Shown: positions 9,233-19,022 of the stretch, piece by piece
How positions within the stretch are numbered: position 1 is the first letter of the stretch
How the letters are laid out: every line of letters starts with the position of its first letter
DNA from: Candidatus Tepidifontimicrobium thermophilum
GTDB lineage: Bacteria; Sysuimicrobiota; Sysuimicrobiia; Sysuimicrobiales; Sysuimicrobiaceae
NCBI GenBank assembly: GCA_031459915.1
Contig: JAVKHO010000007.1
Coordinates: 56,389-120,388 of the forward strand
Length of the DNA stretch: 64,000 nt
Direction of reading: 5' to 3'
The notes under the pieces: model-generated
Told to the model about the DNA's origin: nothing
Seen by the model: the letters and a program-made list of their open reading frames with translations, nothing else
Databases searched by the model: none
Made by a program: the position numbers and the translations under genes

Positions 9233-11544
9233 GGCACCGGCGGGGTCACCGGGGGTTCAGGGGGCGGTCGGCCTGGGCCGGCTGGGCGGTCCGCGGGCTT
9301 GTGGTTCTGGCCGCGCTGGCGTCCCTGGGCGCGGTGACTTTGGCAGTCCTGCTGAGCTCCCTGCGTGCCAACCTCCCGGACTTGGTGGCCCTGTACCGAC
9401 CCCCCAGCCAGGCCACCCGTATCTACGCGGCCAACGGGGAGCTCGTGGCCAGCCTGTACCGGGAGAACCGGGCGTACGTGAGGCTCGCTGAGATCCCGGC
9501 GGTGCTCCAGCAGGCGGTGATCGCCATCGAGGACGAGCGGTTCTACCAGCACCGGGGGGTGGACGTGCGCGGCATCCTCCGCGCCGCGTGGCGCAACTTC
9601 ACCCGGCAGTCCGTGGTGGAGGGCGGGAGCACCATCACGCAGCAGCTGGCCCGCAACCTCTTCCTGACGCCCCGGAGGACCTTGGACCGCAAGTTGCAGG
9701 AGATCCTCCTGGCGGTGGAGATCGAGCGCCGGCTGACCAAGGAGGAGATCCTCGAGCGCTACCTCAACCAGGTCTACTTCGGGAACGGCGCCTACGGTGT
9801 GGAGATGGCCTCCCGCCTGTTCTTCGGAAAGAGCGCGCGGGAACTCACCCTCCCGGAAGCGGCCCTTCTGGCGGGAGTCATCCAGGCTCCCTCGCGGTAT
9901 TCGCCCTTCGACAACTTCCCGGCCGCCAAGCGGCGCCAGGAGGTGGTGCTGGACCGCATGGTGGAGCTGGGGTTCCTGCGCCCGGACCAAGCGGAGGCTG
10001 CCAAGAAAGCCCGCCTGCAGGTCAGCCCGGGTCCGAGGAACCTGGGCTTGGTGGGAGTGCGGGCGCCGTACTTCGTTTCGTACTTGCTCCCGTACCTGGT
10101 GGAGCGGTACGGCGAGGACGCGGTGTACAGTGGCGGGCTGCGGGTGTACACGACCCTCGACCCGCGGCTGCAGGCCATCGCGCAGGAGGTGGTCAGCCGG
10201 GGAGTCGAGGAGGCGCGCCGGGCAGGTCTGCGGGTCACCCAGGGAGCCCTGGTGGCGGTGGAGCCCCGAACCGGTCGGATCCTGGCCATGGTCGGGGGGG
10301 TGGACTTCCAGCGATCTCAGTTCAACCGGGCGTGGCAGGCCCGGCGTCAGCCGGGATCCGCCTTCAAACCCTTCATCTACGTGGCGGCGCTGGAACACGG
10401 GGTTTCACCCGACCGGGTCGTCCTGGACGCGCCGGTGGAGTACCGCATCGCGGGGTGGGGCTACTGGCGACCCAAGAACTACGACGGCACGTACTGGGGC
10501 CCGATCCCACTACGGGTGGCCCTGGAGCACTCCCGAAACATCCCCGCGGTCCGGATGCTGGTGGAGCTAGGGCCGCAGGCGGTCATCGACACTGCGCGGC
10601 GGATGGGGATCCGCAGTCCCCTGCAGCCGAACCTGTCGCTGGCGCTGGGCACGTCCGAGGTGACGCCCCTGGAGATGGCCTCGGCCTTCGCCACCCTGGC
10701 CGCGGGGGGGGTGTACGCGGAGCCCGTGGCCATCACCCGCGTCCTGGACTCCAGAGGCCGGGTCCTGGAGGAGGTCCAGCCCCACCGGCGGATGGCTCTG
10801 CGGCCGGACGTGGCGTACTTGATGACCGACCTGCTGCGCGGGGTCATCCTGCGCGGCACCGGGCGGGCCGCGGACGTGGGAAGGCCCGCGGCGGGCAAGA
10901 CGGGTACCACCGACGACTACCGCAACGCCTGGTTCGTGGGGTACACGCCGGAGCTGGCGGTCGCGGTGTGGGTGGGCAACGACGACAACAGCCCCACCCA
11001 CCGGGTGGTGGGCGGGTCGGTGCCCGCCCGTCTGTGGGCGCGGTTCGTCAAGCGCGCCCTGGCGGGCCGGCCGCCCGCGGACTTCCCAATGCCTGAAGGG
11101 GTCGTGCGCGTGCCCGTGTGCGTGAAGTACGCGGCGGACGGAAGTTGCCAGCAGCAGGGCTGGAGGGCGGTGCTCCGGGGCAGCGAGCCCGCTCCCTCGC
11201 CCCCGCCGGAAGTGCGTCCCACGAATCCGCCGGAGGACGCGACCCTCCAGCCGCAGTCGGTGGTCCTCCTTCAGCCGCAGGACGGAGCCACGGTGACCTC
11301 TCCGTTCGTGGTGGAAGGGCGCGCGGTCCCCGGAGTTCAGGTGAGGTTGGTGGTGGTGCTGGAGGGCGGGCCGGCTCCCGTGAAGGTGGTAGACACAAAG
11401 CTCCCCGTCGCCCCGGACGGGTCCTTCGGGTATACCGTGGAGTCGGCCCTGCGGTTCTCCGGGGCGCGGTACCGCGTCACGGTAGAGGCCACGGGCCCGA
11501 GCGGGGCCGCTTCCACCGCCACCGTGACGGTGCAGGAGAGGTGA
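9229..11544 (+). CDS. Class A penicillin-binding protein (PBP1A family) with C-terminal Ig-like extension
   Basis: EDERFYQH, GGSTITQQL, RKLQE transglycosylase motifs; SAFK, SRN, KTG transpeptidase motifs. Confidence 0.93.
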   Translation: MRHRRGHRGFRGRSAWAGWAVRGLVVLAALASLGAVTLAVLLSSLRANLPDLVALYRPPSQATRIYAANGELVASLYRENRAYVRLAEIPAVLQQAVIAIEDERFYQHRGVDVRGILRAAWRNFTRQSVVEGGSTITQQLARNLFLTPRRTLDRKLQEILLAVEIERRLTKEEILERYLNQVYFGNGAYGVEMASRLFFGKSARELTLPEAALLAGVIQAPSRYSPFDNFPAAKRRQEVVLDRMVELGFLRPDQAEAAKKARLQVSPGPRNLGLVGVRAPYFVSYLLPYLVERYGEDAVYSGGLRVYTTLDPRLQAIAQEVVSRGVEEARRAGLRVTQGALVAVEPRTGRILAMVGGVDFQRSQFNRAWQARRQPGSAFKPFIYVAALEHGVSPDRVVLDAPVEYRIAGWGYWRPKNYDGTYWGPIPLRVALEHSRNIPAVRMLVELGPQAVIDTARRMGIRSPLQPNLSLALGTSEVTPLEMASAFATLAAGGVYAEPVAITRVLDSRGRVLEEVQPHRRMALRPDVAYLMTDLLRGVILRGTGRAADVGRPAAGKTGTTDDYRNAWFVGYTPELAVAVWVGNDDNSPTHRVVGGSVPARLWARFVKRALAGRPPADFPMPEGVVRVPVCVKYAADGSCQQQGWRAVLRGSEPAPSPPPEVRPTNPPEDATLQPQSVVLLQPQDGATVTSPFVVEGRAVPGVQVRLVVVLEGGPAPVKVVDTKLPVAPDGSFGYTVESALRFSGARYRVTVEATGPSGAASTATVTVQER

Positions 11545-11550
11545 GGGGCC

Positions 11551-12297
11551 ATGGCGGGACACTCTAAGTGGCACAACATCCGGATCAAGAAGGAGAAGAT
11601 GGACAAGGTCCGCGGTCGGCTGTTCAGCAAGCTGACCCGCGAGATCATCGTGGCTGCGCGGGAGGGCGGCGGGAACCCCGAGACCAACGTGCGGCTGCGC
11701 AGCGCCATCGACCGTGCGCGGGACGCGGGGATGCCCAACGAGAACATCCAGCGGGCCATCGCGCGCGGGACCGGTGCGGTGAGCGGTGAGCACTACGAGG
11801 AGGTCACCTACGAGGGCTACGGGCCGGGCGGAGTGGCCATCCTGGTCCGGGCCGCCACCGACAACCGGAACCGCACGGCCGCGGAGGTGCGGGCGGTGTT
11901 CAACCGGCACGAGGGCAGCCTAGCGGAAGCCGGGGCGGTGGCGTGGATGTTCGACCTGAAGGGCGTGATCCAGGTGGAGCGGGCCAAGGTGTCGGAGGAC
12001 GAGCTCATGCTCCAGGCCCTGGAGGCGGGCGCGGAGGACGTGCGCACCGAGGGGGACACCTACGAGGTCCTGACAGCCCCGGAAGAGCTGGTCCGGGTGC
12101 GGGACGCCCTTGTGAAGGCCGGGATCCCGGTGGCCAGCGCGGAACTGCAACAGGTACCGAAGACCACCGTGCCGCTGACGGGACCGACCGCGGAGCGGGT
12201 CCTGCGCCTGCTGGAAGCCCTGGAGGACCTCGACGACGTCCAGCAGGTGTACGCCAACTTCGACATCCCCGACGAGATCCTGCAGCGGGTCGGGTAG
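11551..12297 (+). CDS. yebC: YebC/PmpR family protein
   Basis: MAGHSKWHNI, YEGYGPGG, TDNRNRT, LEDLDDVQQVYAN. Confidence 0.96.
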   Translation: MAGHSKWHNIRIKKEKMDKVRGRLFSKLTREIIVAAREGGGNPETNVRLRSAIDRARDAGMPNENIQRAIARGTGAVSGEHYEEVTYEGYGPGGVAILVRAATDNRNRTAAEVRAVFNRHEGSLAEAGAVAWMFDLKGVIQVERAKVSEDELMLQALEAGAEDVRTEGDTYEVLTAPEELVRVRDALVKAGIPVASAELQQVPKTTVPLTGPTAERVLRLLEALEDLDDVQQVYANFDIPDEILQRVG

Positions 12298-12378
12298 GGA
12301 CGGCCCTTTCCGGTCCTGGCCCAGGTCCCCGGGGGCCAGAAGGCGTCCGCGCAGGGGTCGTAGAATCCTCGTTCGACG

Positions 12379-12876
12379 ATGGTGGTCGTCGGGCTAGACC
12401 CCGGGTTGCGCAGCACCGGCTACGCGGTGCTGGCGGGGAGCCGCACAGGGCTCGTGGTCCGGGAAGTGGGAGTCCTGCGGGCGAGCGCACCAGACCTTGC
12501 AGGTCAACTGCGCGACCTGTACCGGGAGGCCACCGCCGTGCTGCGAGAGGCCCGGCCCGGGTGGGTCGTTCTCGAGGAGGTGTTCAGCCACCCCCAGCAC
12601 CCCAGGACCGCGATCCTCATGGGGCACGTGCGGGGGGTCCTGTACCTGGCGGCCGCAGAATTTGGAGCGCCGGTACGCGCCCTGACGCCCGCGGAGGTCA
12701 AGCAGGCCGTCTGTGGCAACGGCCGCGCCACCAAGGCCCAGGTGCGGGCTGCCCTGCGGGCCTGCCTGGGGCTGCAGGGCGAGCTGGACGCGCACGCCGC
12801 GGACGCCCTCGCCCTGGCCGCTACGGTGCTGGTACGGTCAGGCTTCCCGCTGAGAGCGCCGGTGGTGGCGAGGTGA
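12379..12876 (+). CDS. ruvC: Holliday junction endonuclease RuvC
   Basis: GLDPG, LEEVF, EVKQAVCGNGRATK, DAHAADALA; yebC-ruvCAB synteny. Confidence 0.92.
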   Translation: MVVVGLDPGLRSTGYAVLAGSRTGLVVREVGVLRASAPDLAGQLRDLYREATAVLREARPGWVVLEEVFSHPQHPRTAILMGHVRGVLYLAAAEFGAPVRALTPAEVKQAVCGNGRATKAQVRAALRACLGLQGELDAHAADALALAATVLVRSGFPLRAPVVAR

Positions 12877-13508
12877 TCGCCTACCTGAAGGGCCGCGTGG
12901 TGCAGAGGGGAGAGGGCACCCTTGTGGTGGAGTGTGGTGGCGTGGGCTACGAGGTCGCCCTGCCGGCGTACCTCGCGGACCAGTGGAACCCACAGGAGGG
13001 CGACACCGTGGAACTGCACGTTTCGTACCAGGTGAGCGCCAACCACCCCAAGCCCCTGCTGGTGGGGTTCCTGCGCCGGGTCGAACAGGAGTTCTTCGAG
13101 CGGTTCATCACCGTAGACGGGATGGGGCCCACGCGGGCGGTCCGCGCCATGACCCGCCCGGTGTACGAGATCGCGGATGCCATCGAGCGCCGGGACGTGA
13201 ACTTCCTCAAACGCCTCCCGGGTCTGGGCGAACGGACCGCGCAGAAGGTGGTGGCGGCCCTCCACGGCAAAGTGGCCAAGTACGCCCTGCTGCGGGAGGG
13301 CCCGGCCCCGACGCCCGCTCCGGCGGGCGACTTCCGGGAGGAGGTCCTGGAGGTCCTGACGCGGCAGCTGGGCCACCGGCCCGCGGAGGCGCGCCGGATG
13401 GTGGAGGAGGCGCTGCGCCGCAACCCCCAGGTGGCCAGTGCGGAGGAGCTGTTCCAGGAGGTGTACCGGGCCCAGCGCCGCAGCTCGGGCGGTGAGGAGG
13501 AGCCATGA
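12873..13508 (+). CDS. ruvA: Holliday junction branch migration protein RuvA
   Basis: MIAYLKGRV...GGVGYEV, HhH motifs ([15 protein letters not shown]); GTG start overlaps the ruvC stop. Confidence 0.92.
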   Translation: MIAYLKGRVVQRGEGTLVVECGGVGYEVALPAYLADQWNPQEGDTVELHVSYQVSANHPKPLLVGFLRRVEQEFFERFITVDGMGPTRAVRAMTRPVYEIADAIERRDVNFLKRLPGLGERTAQKVVAALHGKVAKYALLREGPAPTPAPAGDFREEVLEVLTRQLGHRPAEARRMVEEALRRNPQVASAEELFQEVYRAQRRSSGGEEEP

Positions 13509-14533
13509 GCCGGGAGCGGTTTTCCAGCACCCAGATCCCCCCGGAGGAGGCGGGATTTTTGCGCCACCTCCGTCCCCGAACCCTGGAGGAGTGCATCGGG
13601 CAGGGCAAGGTCCGCGAGGGGCTGCGCATCGCGATCCAGGCGGCGCGGGCCCGGGGAGAGCCTTTGGACCACATCCTCCTGCACGGGCCGCCCGGACTGG
13701 GGAAGACCACCCTGGCCAACGTGGTGGCCGCGGAGATGGGCGCGAACCTGGTGCAGACCTCGGGGCCCGCCCTGGAGCGGGGGGGTGACCTCATGGGCAT
13801 CCTGACCAACCTCGAGTACGGGGACGTGCTGTTCGTGGACGAGATCCACCGCCTGCCGCGGTCCGTGGAGGAGTTCCTGTATCCGGCCATGGAGGACTTC
13901 TGCGTGCACTTCGTCCTGGACCGCGGCGTGCACGCGCGCACGCTCCGGTACACCCTCAAGCCTTTCACCCTCATCGGGGCCACCACCCGCGCGGGCCTGC
14001 TCACCTCGCCGCTGCGGGAGCGCTTCGGGATCTTCTACCACCTGGACTTCTACTCCGAGGACGAGCTCACGCAGCTGGTCCACCGGTCCGCGAGGATCCT
14101 GGGCGTGCCGATCACCGACGGCGGGGCTCGGGAGATCGCCCGGCGATCCAGGGGGACGCCCCGCGTGGCGAACCGGCTGCTGCGGCGGGTGCGGGACTAC
14201 TCCCAGGTGCGGTACGACGGACGCGTGACGGAGGAGGTGGCCCGGGAAGCGTTGGAGTTCGAAGGGGTGGACGAAGCCGGGCTGGACGCGTTCGACCGCG
14301 AGCTGCTGCGGGTCATCGCGGAGGTCTACGGCGGAGGGCCTGTGGGCGTGGAGGCGCTGGCGGCCACCCTCCACGAGGAGGTCGACACCCTCGTGGAGGT
14401 GGTGGAGCCCTACCTCCTCAAGATCGGCTTCCTCACCCGCACGCCCGCGGGCCGCAGGATCACGCCCGCAGCCTACGCGCACCTGGGTCTTCCGCTTCCC
14501 CGCGACGCGCGCTCGCAGGGTACGCTATTCTAG
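13505..14533 (+). CDS. ruvB: Holliday junction helicase RuvB
   Basis: [34 protein letters not shown]. Confidence 0.97.
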   Translation: MSRERFSSTQIPPEEAGFLRHLRPRTLEECIGQGKVREGLRIAIQAARARGEPLDHILLHGPPGLGKTTLANVVAAEMGANLVQTSGPALERGGDLMGILTNLEYGDVLFVDEIHRLPRSVEEFLYPAMEDFCVHFVLDRGVHARTLRYTLKPFTLIGATTRAGLLTSPLRERFGIFYHLDFYSEDELTQLVHRSARILGVPITDGGAREIARRSRGTPRVANRLLRRVRDYSQVRYDGRVTEEVAREALEFEGVDEAGLDAFDRELLRVIAEVYGGGPVGVEALAATLHEEVDTLVEVVEPYLLKIGFLTRTPAGRRITPAAYAHLGLPLPRDARSQGTLF

Positions 14534-14569
14534 GCCGAGCGGCTGCACAGTCCGGAAGGGAGGGAGACC

Positions 14570-14788
14570 ATGACCGAGCTGGGTCGGCTGCTGGTCGTGT
14601 TCGGCGTGGTCCTGGTTCTGGTCGGCTTGTTTTTCCTGCTGGTCCCCCGCGTGACCCTGCCACGCCTGCCCGGGGACATCCTGATCCAGCGGGACGGGTT
14701 CACCTTCTACTTCCCGGTAGTGACCAGTATCGTGATCAGCGTGGTCCTGACCTTGCTCCTGAACGCCCTGTGGTGGGCGAGGCGGTAA
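14570..14788 (+). CDS. DUF2905 family small membrane protein
   Basis: RLPGDI...FTFYFPVVTSIVISVVLT; typical position after ruvB. Confidence 0.88.
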   Translation: MTELGRLLVVFGVVLVLVGLFFLLVPRVTLPRLPGDILIQRDGFTFYFPVVTSIVISVVLTLLLNALWWARR

Positions 14789-15915
14789 GGCTGTTCCTGG
14801 CCGGGCTAGCCGCGGCGGCGGTCCTGGGGACTCCTGCGGGGCCGGTGGCCGCCCAGCGGGTCCAGCTGGTGCGGGTGGGCCTGCTGGTGGGCCGCCCGGA
14901 GGTGGTGCTGAGCGCGGATGCGCCCCTGCGGGTCCTGGACGTCCAGAGTGACCGGCAGGACCAGCTGTCCCTGGGCGCGTGGGCGTTCCGCGCGGCGCCG
15001 GGGGGGATCGAGGTGCCCGGGGTGGCCCGTTACGGGCCTGTGGTGCGGGTCTCCGCGGAAGGCGACCGGCCCGTGCGGGTGGAGGACAAGCTGCGGGCTT
15101 ACCGGGGTGTGGTGGAGCTGCGGCGGGACGCCGTCGGGATGACGGTGGTGAACGAGCTGGACCTGGAGTCGTACCTGTACGGCGTCCTCAAGATGGAGAT
15201 CAACCCCGCGTGGCCCGCGGAGGCCGTGAAGGCGCAGGCGGTGGCGGCCAGGACCCTGGCCCTGGCGAGCCTGGGGCGGTTCGCCCGGGAGGGCTACGAC
15301 GTGCGGGACACCACCGACTCCCAGGTGTACGGAGGGGTGACCTTCGAAGACCCGCGGACCACCGCCGCGGTGGACGCCACCCGCAGCCTGGTCCTGGCGT
15401 ACGGCGGCCAGCCCATCCTGGCTGTGTATCACGCGGACTCCGGGGGCAGGACGGAATCCAGCGAGAACGTGTGGGGGAGGGCGTACCCGTACCTACGGGG
15501 CGTCGAGGACCCCTACGTCGCGGGTTCGCCGTACGAGCGCTGGACACTGTCGGTGCCGCTTTCGCGCCTGGAGGAGGTCCTGCGGATGGCGGGGCTTCCG
15601 GCCCGCGGGCTCAGCTGGGTGGAGGTGGCGGAGGTCAGCGAGTCGGGACGGGCCCTGCGCGTGCGCTTCGGGGGCGCGGAGGGGACGTGGGAGCTTGCCG
15701 GTCACCGGCTGCGGGCGCTGCTGGGGCCAGACGTCCTCCGCAGTACCCTGTTCACCGTGAGGGTCGAGGGCGGGCTAGCCACCTTCGAAGGCCGTGGGTG
15801 GGGCCACGGAGTGGGGCTGTCGCAGTGGGGCGCGCGAGGGATGGCAATGCGAGGCTGGGACTTCGCCCGCATCCTGCAGTACTACTACACGGGCGTGCAG
15901 GTTGCCGCACGGTGA
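14770..15915 (+). CDS. SpoIID/LytB domain peptidoglycan hydrolase
   Basis: YRG, LESYLYGV, AVKAQAVAART, SQVYGG, GWGHGVGLSQWGA; start uncertain. Confidence 0.9.
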   Translation: MVGEAVRLFLAGLAAAAVLGTPAGPVAAQRVQLVRVGLLVGRPEVVLSADAPLRVLDVQSDRQDQLSLGAWAFRAAPGGIEVPGVARYGPVVRVSAEGDRPVRVEDKLRAYRGVVELRRDAVGMTVVNELDLESYLYGVLKMEINPAWPAEAVKAQAVAARTLALASLGRFAREGYDVRDTTDSQVYGGVTFEDPRTTAAVDATRSLVLAYGGQPILAVYHADSGGRTESSENVWGRAYPYLRGVEDPYVAGSPYERWTLSVPLSRLEEVLRMAGLPARGLSWVEVAEVSESGRALRVRFGGAEGTWELAGHRLRALLGPDVLRSTLFTVRVEGGLATFEGRGWGHGVGLSQWGARGMAMRGWDFARILQYYYTGVQVAAR

Positions 15916-15937
15916 CCGGCTTCGGGGAAACGGGCGT

Positions 15938-16453
15938 CTAAAGTTCCACCCGGACCCAACCCCGGGTGAGCGGCTCCCACTCGTCCAGAGGCCGGCCCAT
16001 GTAGTCGCGGCCCTCCACCTTGTAGCCTGCCGCTTCCAGGCGCCGCTTGGCCTCCTGCCAGTACCGGTAGTCCACCTGCCAGGCGCCGCGCCTCAGGGGG
16101 TTGGGGTAGGCCCCCAGCCCTCCCAGGAGCTTGCGGAGGTTCGCCTCCTCTGCAGGGTCTGCCTGGATCTCCACGGCCTGGTTGACGGTCCCCACGGCCA
16201 CCAGGTTGGGGTTGGCGGGCGGGCTGATGGGGCTGCCGCCGGGGTTGTGGCTCGCCACGGGCACGGGGACACTGGGAGCCTGGGCGGCTGGCCTAGCCTC
16301 CTGCGGCCGCGCGGCCGCAGGGGCCACTGGCGCCCCGCCTTCCGCCTTCCGGGCCGCCCAACGCGCCTTGGCTTCTTCGATGAGGCGCTTGCGCTCGGCC
16401 TCCTTCTGGGGGTCGTGCGCTACTGTCCTGCGGGGCCGTTCCTCCGCCACCAC
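15938..16453 (-). CDS. Hypothetical protein (charged N-terminal helix, Pro/Ala linker, compact C-terminal domain)
   Basis: GGAGG SD before GTG, TATAAT upstream on the same strand, fills the spoIID-yajC gap, protein-like composition. Confidence 0.7.
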   Translation of the reverse strand: MVAEERPRRTVAHDPQKEAERKRLIEEAKARWAARKAEGGAPVAPAAARPQEARPAAQAPSVPVPVASHNPGGSPISPPANPNLVAVGTVNQAVEIQADPAEEANLRKLLGGLGAYPNPLRRGAWQVDYRYWQEAKRRLEAAGYKVEGRDYMGRPLDEWEPLTRGWVRVEL

Positions 16454-16483
16454 GTCCTCCCGCGTACGGTCTGTCCTGAACGC

Positions 16484-16534
16484 ATTATAGGCATGTACCA
16501 CGCGGACCGCGACCACAACGGCCCGTGCTATACT
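16484..16534. promoter_or_regulatory. Back-to-back -10 elements
   Basis: TATAAT on minus (16484-16489) and TGcTATACT on plus (16526-16534). Confidence 0.5.
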
Positions 16535-16646
16535 GCAGCCGGCCTCGGGGGTAGGGGTGGCGGCGCCCGGCAACCTTCCAGGAGAACGGCCCCGCGGGGT
16601 GGAAGAAGGAGGGCGAGAGGCCGATGACACAGGTAGGGGAGGCGCG

Positions 16647-16991
16647 ATGATCTTCCTGCAGGCGCAGGGGGCGCAGGGGCAGACCAGCCTCCTGCCCACC
16701 CTGATCGTGTGGGCATTGCTGCTGGTGATGTTCTACGTCCTGCTGATCCGGCCCCAGCAACAGCAGCAGAAGCGGCGGAAGGAGATGCTGAGCAAGCTGC
16801 GCAAGGGCGACCGGGTGGTTACCGTGGGCGGGCTGCACGCCACCATCACGGACGTGCAGGACGACGTCCTGACCCTGGAACTGGCCCCCAACGTCCGCGT
16901 GCGGGCGGACCGCGCCGCCGTGGCGTCCGTGCGGGGCCGGCGGCCGGAGGCGGAGGGCAAGGAACGCGAGGCGAAGGCGAAGTCGGGCTAG
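16647..16991 (+). CDS. yajC: Preprotein translocase subunit YajC
   Basis: FYVLLIRPQ, LRKGDRVVTVGGL; SD GGGGAGG. Confidence 0.93.
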   Translation: MIFLQAQGAQGQTSLLPTLIVWALLLVMFYVLLIRPQQQQQKRRKEMLSKLRKGDRVVTVGGLHATITDVQDDVLTLELAPNVRVRADRAAVASVRGRRPEAEGKEREAKAKSG

Positions 16992-17013
16992 GCGCTGCTG
17001 TGGGGGTGGCGGG

Positions 17014-18279
17014 ATGTCGGTGGTGCTGGAGGCGGAGCAGGAGAACCCGTTTGAGGCCGTCTGCCGGTGGATCGACCGGGCCTCGGCCATCCTGGGCTAC
17101 GACGAGTCCACCAGCAGGCCGTTGAAGCACCCGCGGCGGTGCGTCATCGTCTCCCTGCCGGTGGAGATGGACGACGGGCGAGTGGAGGTGTTCACGGGCT
17201 ACCGGGTCCAGTACGACACCGCCCGGGGGCCGTGCAAGGGCGGGCTGCGCTACCACCCCAACGTGAACCTGGACGAGATGAAGGCCTTGGCCGCGTACAT
17301 GTCCATTAAGTGCGCGGTGGTGGACATCCCCTTCGGGGGAGGCAAGGGCGGGGTCGCGTGTGACCCCACGCGGCTGTCGCACCGGGAGCTGGAGCGCATC
17401 ACGCGACGCTACACCGCGGAGATCTTCGACATCATCGGACCCGACAAGGACATCCCCGCGCCGGACGTGGGTACCAACGCCCAGGTGATGGCGTGGGTGA
17501 TGGACACCATCTCCATGAAGCGGGGCTACCTGGAGCCGGGCACCGTGACGGGCAAACCTGTCCCCCTGGGCGGCTCCCGGGGCCGGGAGGAGGCCACGGG
17601 ACGGGGGATCCTGGTGGTGGCTCGGGAGGCGTTCGCGCACCTGGGGATGCCCCTGGAAGGAGCCCGGGTGGTGGTGCAGGGGTTCGGCAACGTGGGCTGG
17701 AACACCGCCCGTCTGCTGCACGAAGCCGGGGCCCGGGTGGTGGCGGTCAGCGACGTGCACGGCGGCGTCTACCACCCCGAAGGGTTGGTCCCGCGGCTGG
17801 TGCGGGAGCACCGGGACCGGACGGGGAGCGTCGTGGGCTACCCTGGGGCGCGCACCCTCACCAATTCGGAGCTGCTGGAGCTGGAGTGCGAGTTGCTGGT
17901 GCCCGCGGCCATCGAGAACCAGATCACGCGGAGCAACGCCCACGCCATCCGCGCCCGGGTGGTGGTGGAGGGTGCGAACGCCCCTACCACGCTGCAGGCC
18001 GACGAGATCCTCCGGCGGCGGGGGGTGTTTGTGGTGCCCGACATCCTGGCCAACGCGGGCGGGGTGGTGGTCAGCTACTTCGAGTGGGTACAGGACCGGT
18101 ATGGCTACTTCTGGCGGGAGGACCAGGTGCGCACCCGGCTGGAGGACAAGATGCGGCAGGCCTTCCGGGACGTGATGGAGCTGTCGACCCAGCTGGGGGT
18201 AGACCTGCGCACGGGCGCGTACTGCCTGGGCGTCCAGCGCATCGTGGAGGCCCGCCGCCTGCGGGGGCTTTATGCCTGA
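17014..18279 (+). CDS. gdhA: Glutamate dehydrogenase (Glu/Leu/Phe/Val DH family)
   Basis: GPCKGGLRY, GGGKGG, DIPAPDV, GSRGREEATG, QGFGNVG, EGANAP. Confidence 0.92.
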   Translation: MSVVLEAEQENPFEAVCRWIDRASAILGYDESTSRPLKHPRRCVIVSLPVEMDDGRVEVFTGYRVQYDTARGPCKGGLRYHPNVNLDEMKALAAYMSIKCAVVDIPFGGGKGGVACDPTRLSHRELERITRRYTAEIFDIIGPDKDIPAPDVGTNAQVMAWVMDTISMKRGYLEPGTVTGKPVPLGGSRGREEATGRGILVVAREAFAHLGMPLEGARVVVQGFGNVGWNTARLLHEAGARVVAVSDVHGGVYHPEGLVPRLVREHRDRTGSVVGYPGARTLTNSELLELECELLVPAAIENQITRSNAHAIRARVVVEGANAPTTLQADEILRRRGVFVVPDILANAGGVVVSYFEWVQDRYGYFWREDQVRTRLEDKMRQAFRDVMELSTQLGVDLRTGAYCLGVQRIVEARRLRGLYA

Positions 18280-18964
18280 GCCGACCCCTGCCCTGGTCCC
18301 CACCCGGGTGACGGTGGAGGTGGTCCGGCACGACCCGGAGGTGGCCGCGTACGTGGAGCGGGCCAACGAGTCCCTGGGGGTTCTGGGCTACACGGAGCAC
18401 GGGGTGCGGCACGCGTCCCTCACCAGCCGCATCGCCTACAACATCCTTCGCCGCTTGGGCTACCCCGAGCGGGAGTGCGAGCTGGCAGCCATCGCCGGGT
18501 ACCTGCACGACATCGGCAACCTCGTCAGCCGGCTGAACCATGAGCACACGGGCGCCTTGCTGGCCGGGGCCATCCTGCAGCGGCTGGGGATGGACCCCAC
18601 GGAGCGGGCGGTGGTGATGAGCGCCATCGGCAACCACGAGGAGTCCCACGGGCAGCCCGTGAGCCCGGTTGGGGCCGCGGTGATCCTGGCGGACAAGTCG
18701 GACGTGCACCGCAGCCGGGTCCGCAACCCTGACCCCGCCACCTTCGACATCCACGACCGGGTGAACTACGCGGTGGAGCACTCCTTCCTGCGGGTGGACG
18801 AGCGGGCCAGGGAGATCACCCTGGAGCTGACCATCAATACGGAGAAGGCGCCGGTGATGGAGTACTTCGAGATCTTCCTGTCCCGCATGGTCATGTGCCG
18901 TCGGGCGGCGGAGCACCTGGGCTGCGCCTTCAAGCTGCAGATCAACGGGGTCCGGTTCCTGTAG
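18272..18964 (+). CDS. HD-superfamily phosphohydrolase
   Basis: TEHGVRH, YLHDIGN, GNHEE, ADKSDVH, DIHDRVNYAV. Confidence 0.85.
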   Translation: MPEPTPALVPTRVTVEVVRHDPEVAAYVERANESLGVLGYTEHGVRHASLTSRIAYNILRRLGYPERECELAAIAGYLHDIGNLVSRLNHEHTGALLAGAILQRLGMDPTERAVVMSAIGNHEESHGQPVSPVGAAVILADKSDVHRSRVRNPDPATFDIHDRVNYAVEHSFLRVDERAREITLELTINTEKAPVMEYFEIFLSRMVMCRRAAEHLGCAFKLQINGVRFL

Positions 18965-18977
18965 GCAGCCCGGCCGT

Positions 18978-19006
18978 TTGACGCCCCCCGGCCCGGGGGC
19001 TATTCT
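18978..19006 (+). promoter_or_regulatory. Sigma70-type promoter of the hem operon
   Basis: TTGACG - 17 nt - TATTCT, 16 nt upstream of the hemA ATG. Confidence 0.7.
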
Positions 19007-19022
19007 CGACCCAGAAATTGCC

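Noticed and set aside
14770..15915. Sporulation inferred from SpoIID and the SigF/G-like sigma
   Set aside because: Both families are widespread in non-sporulating bacteria; no other spo genes are present.
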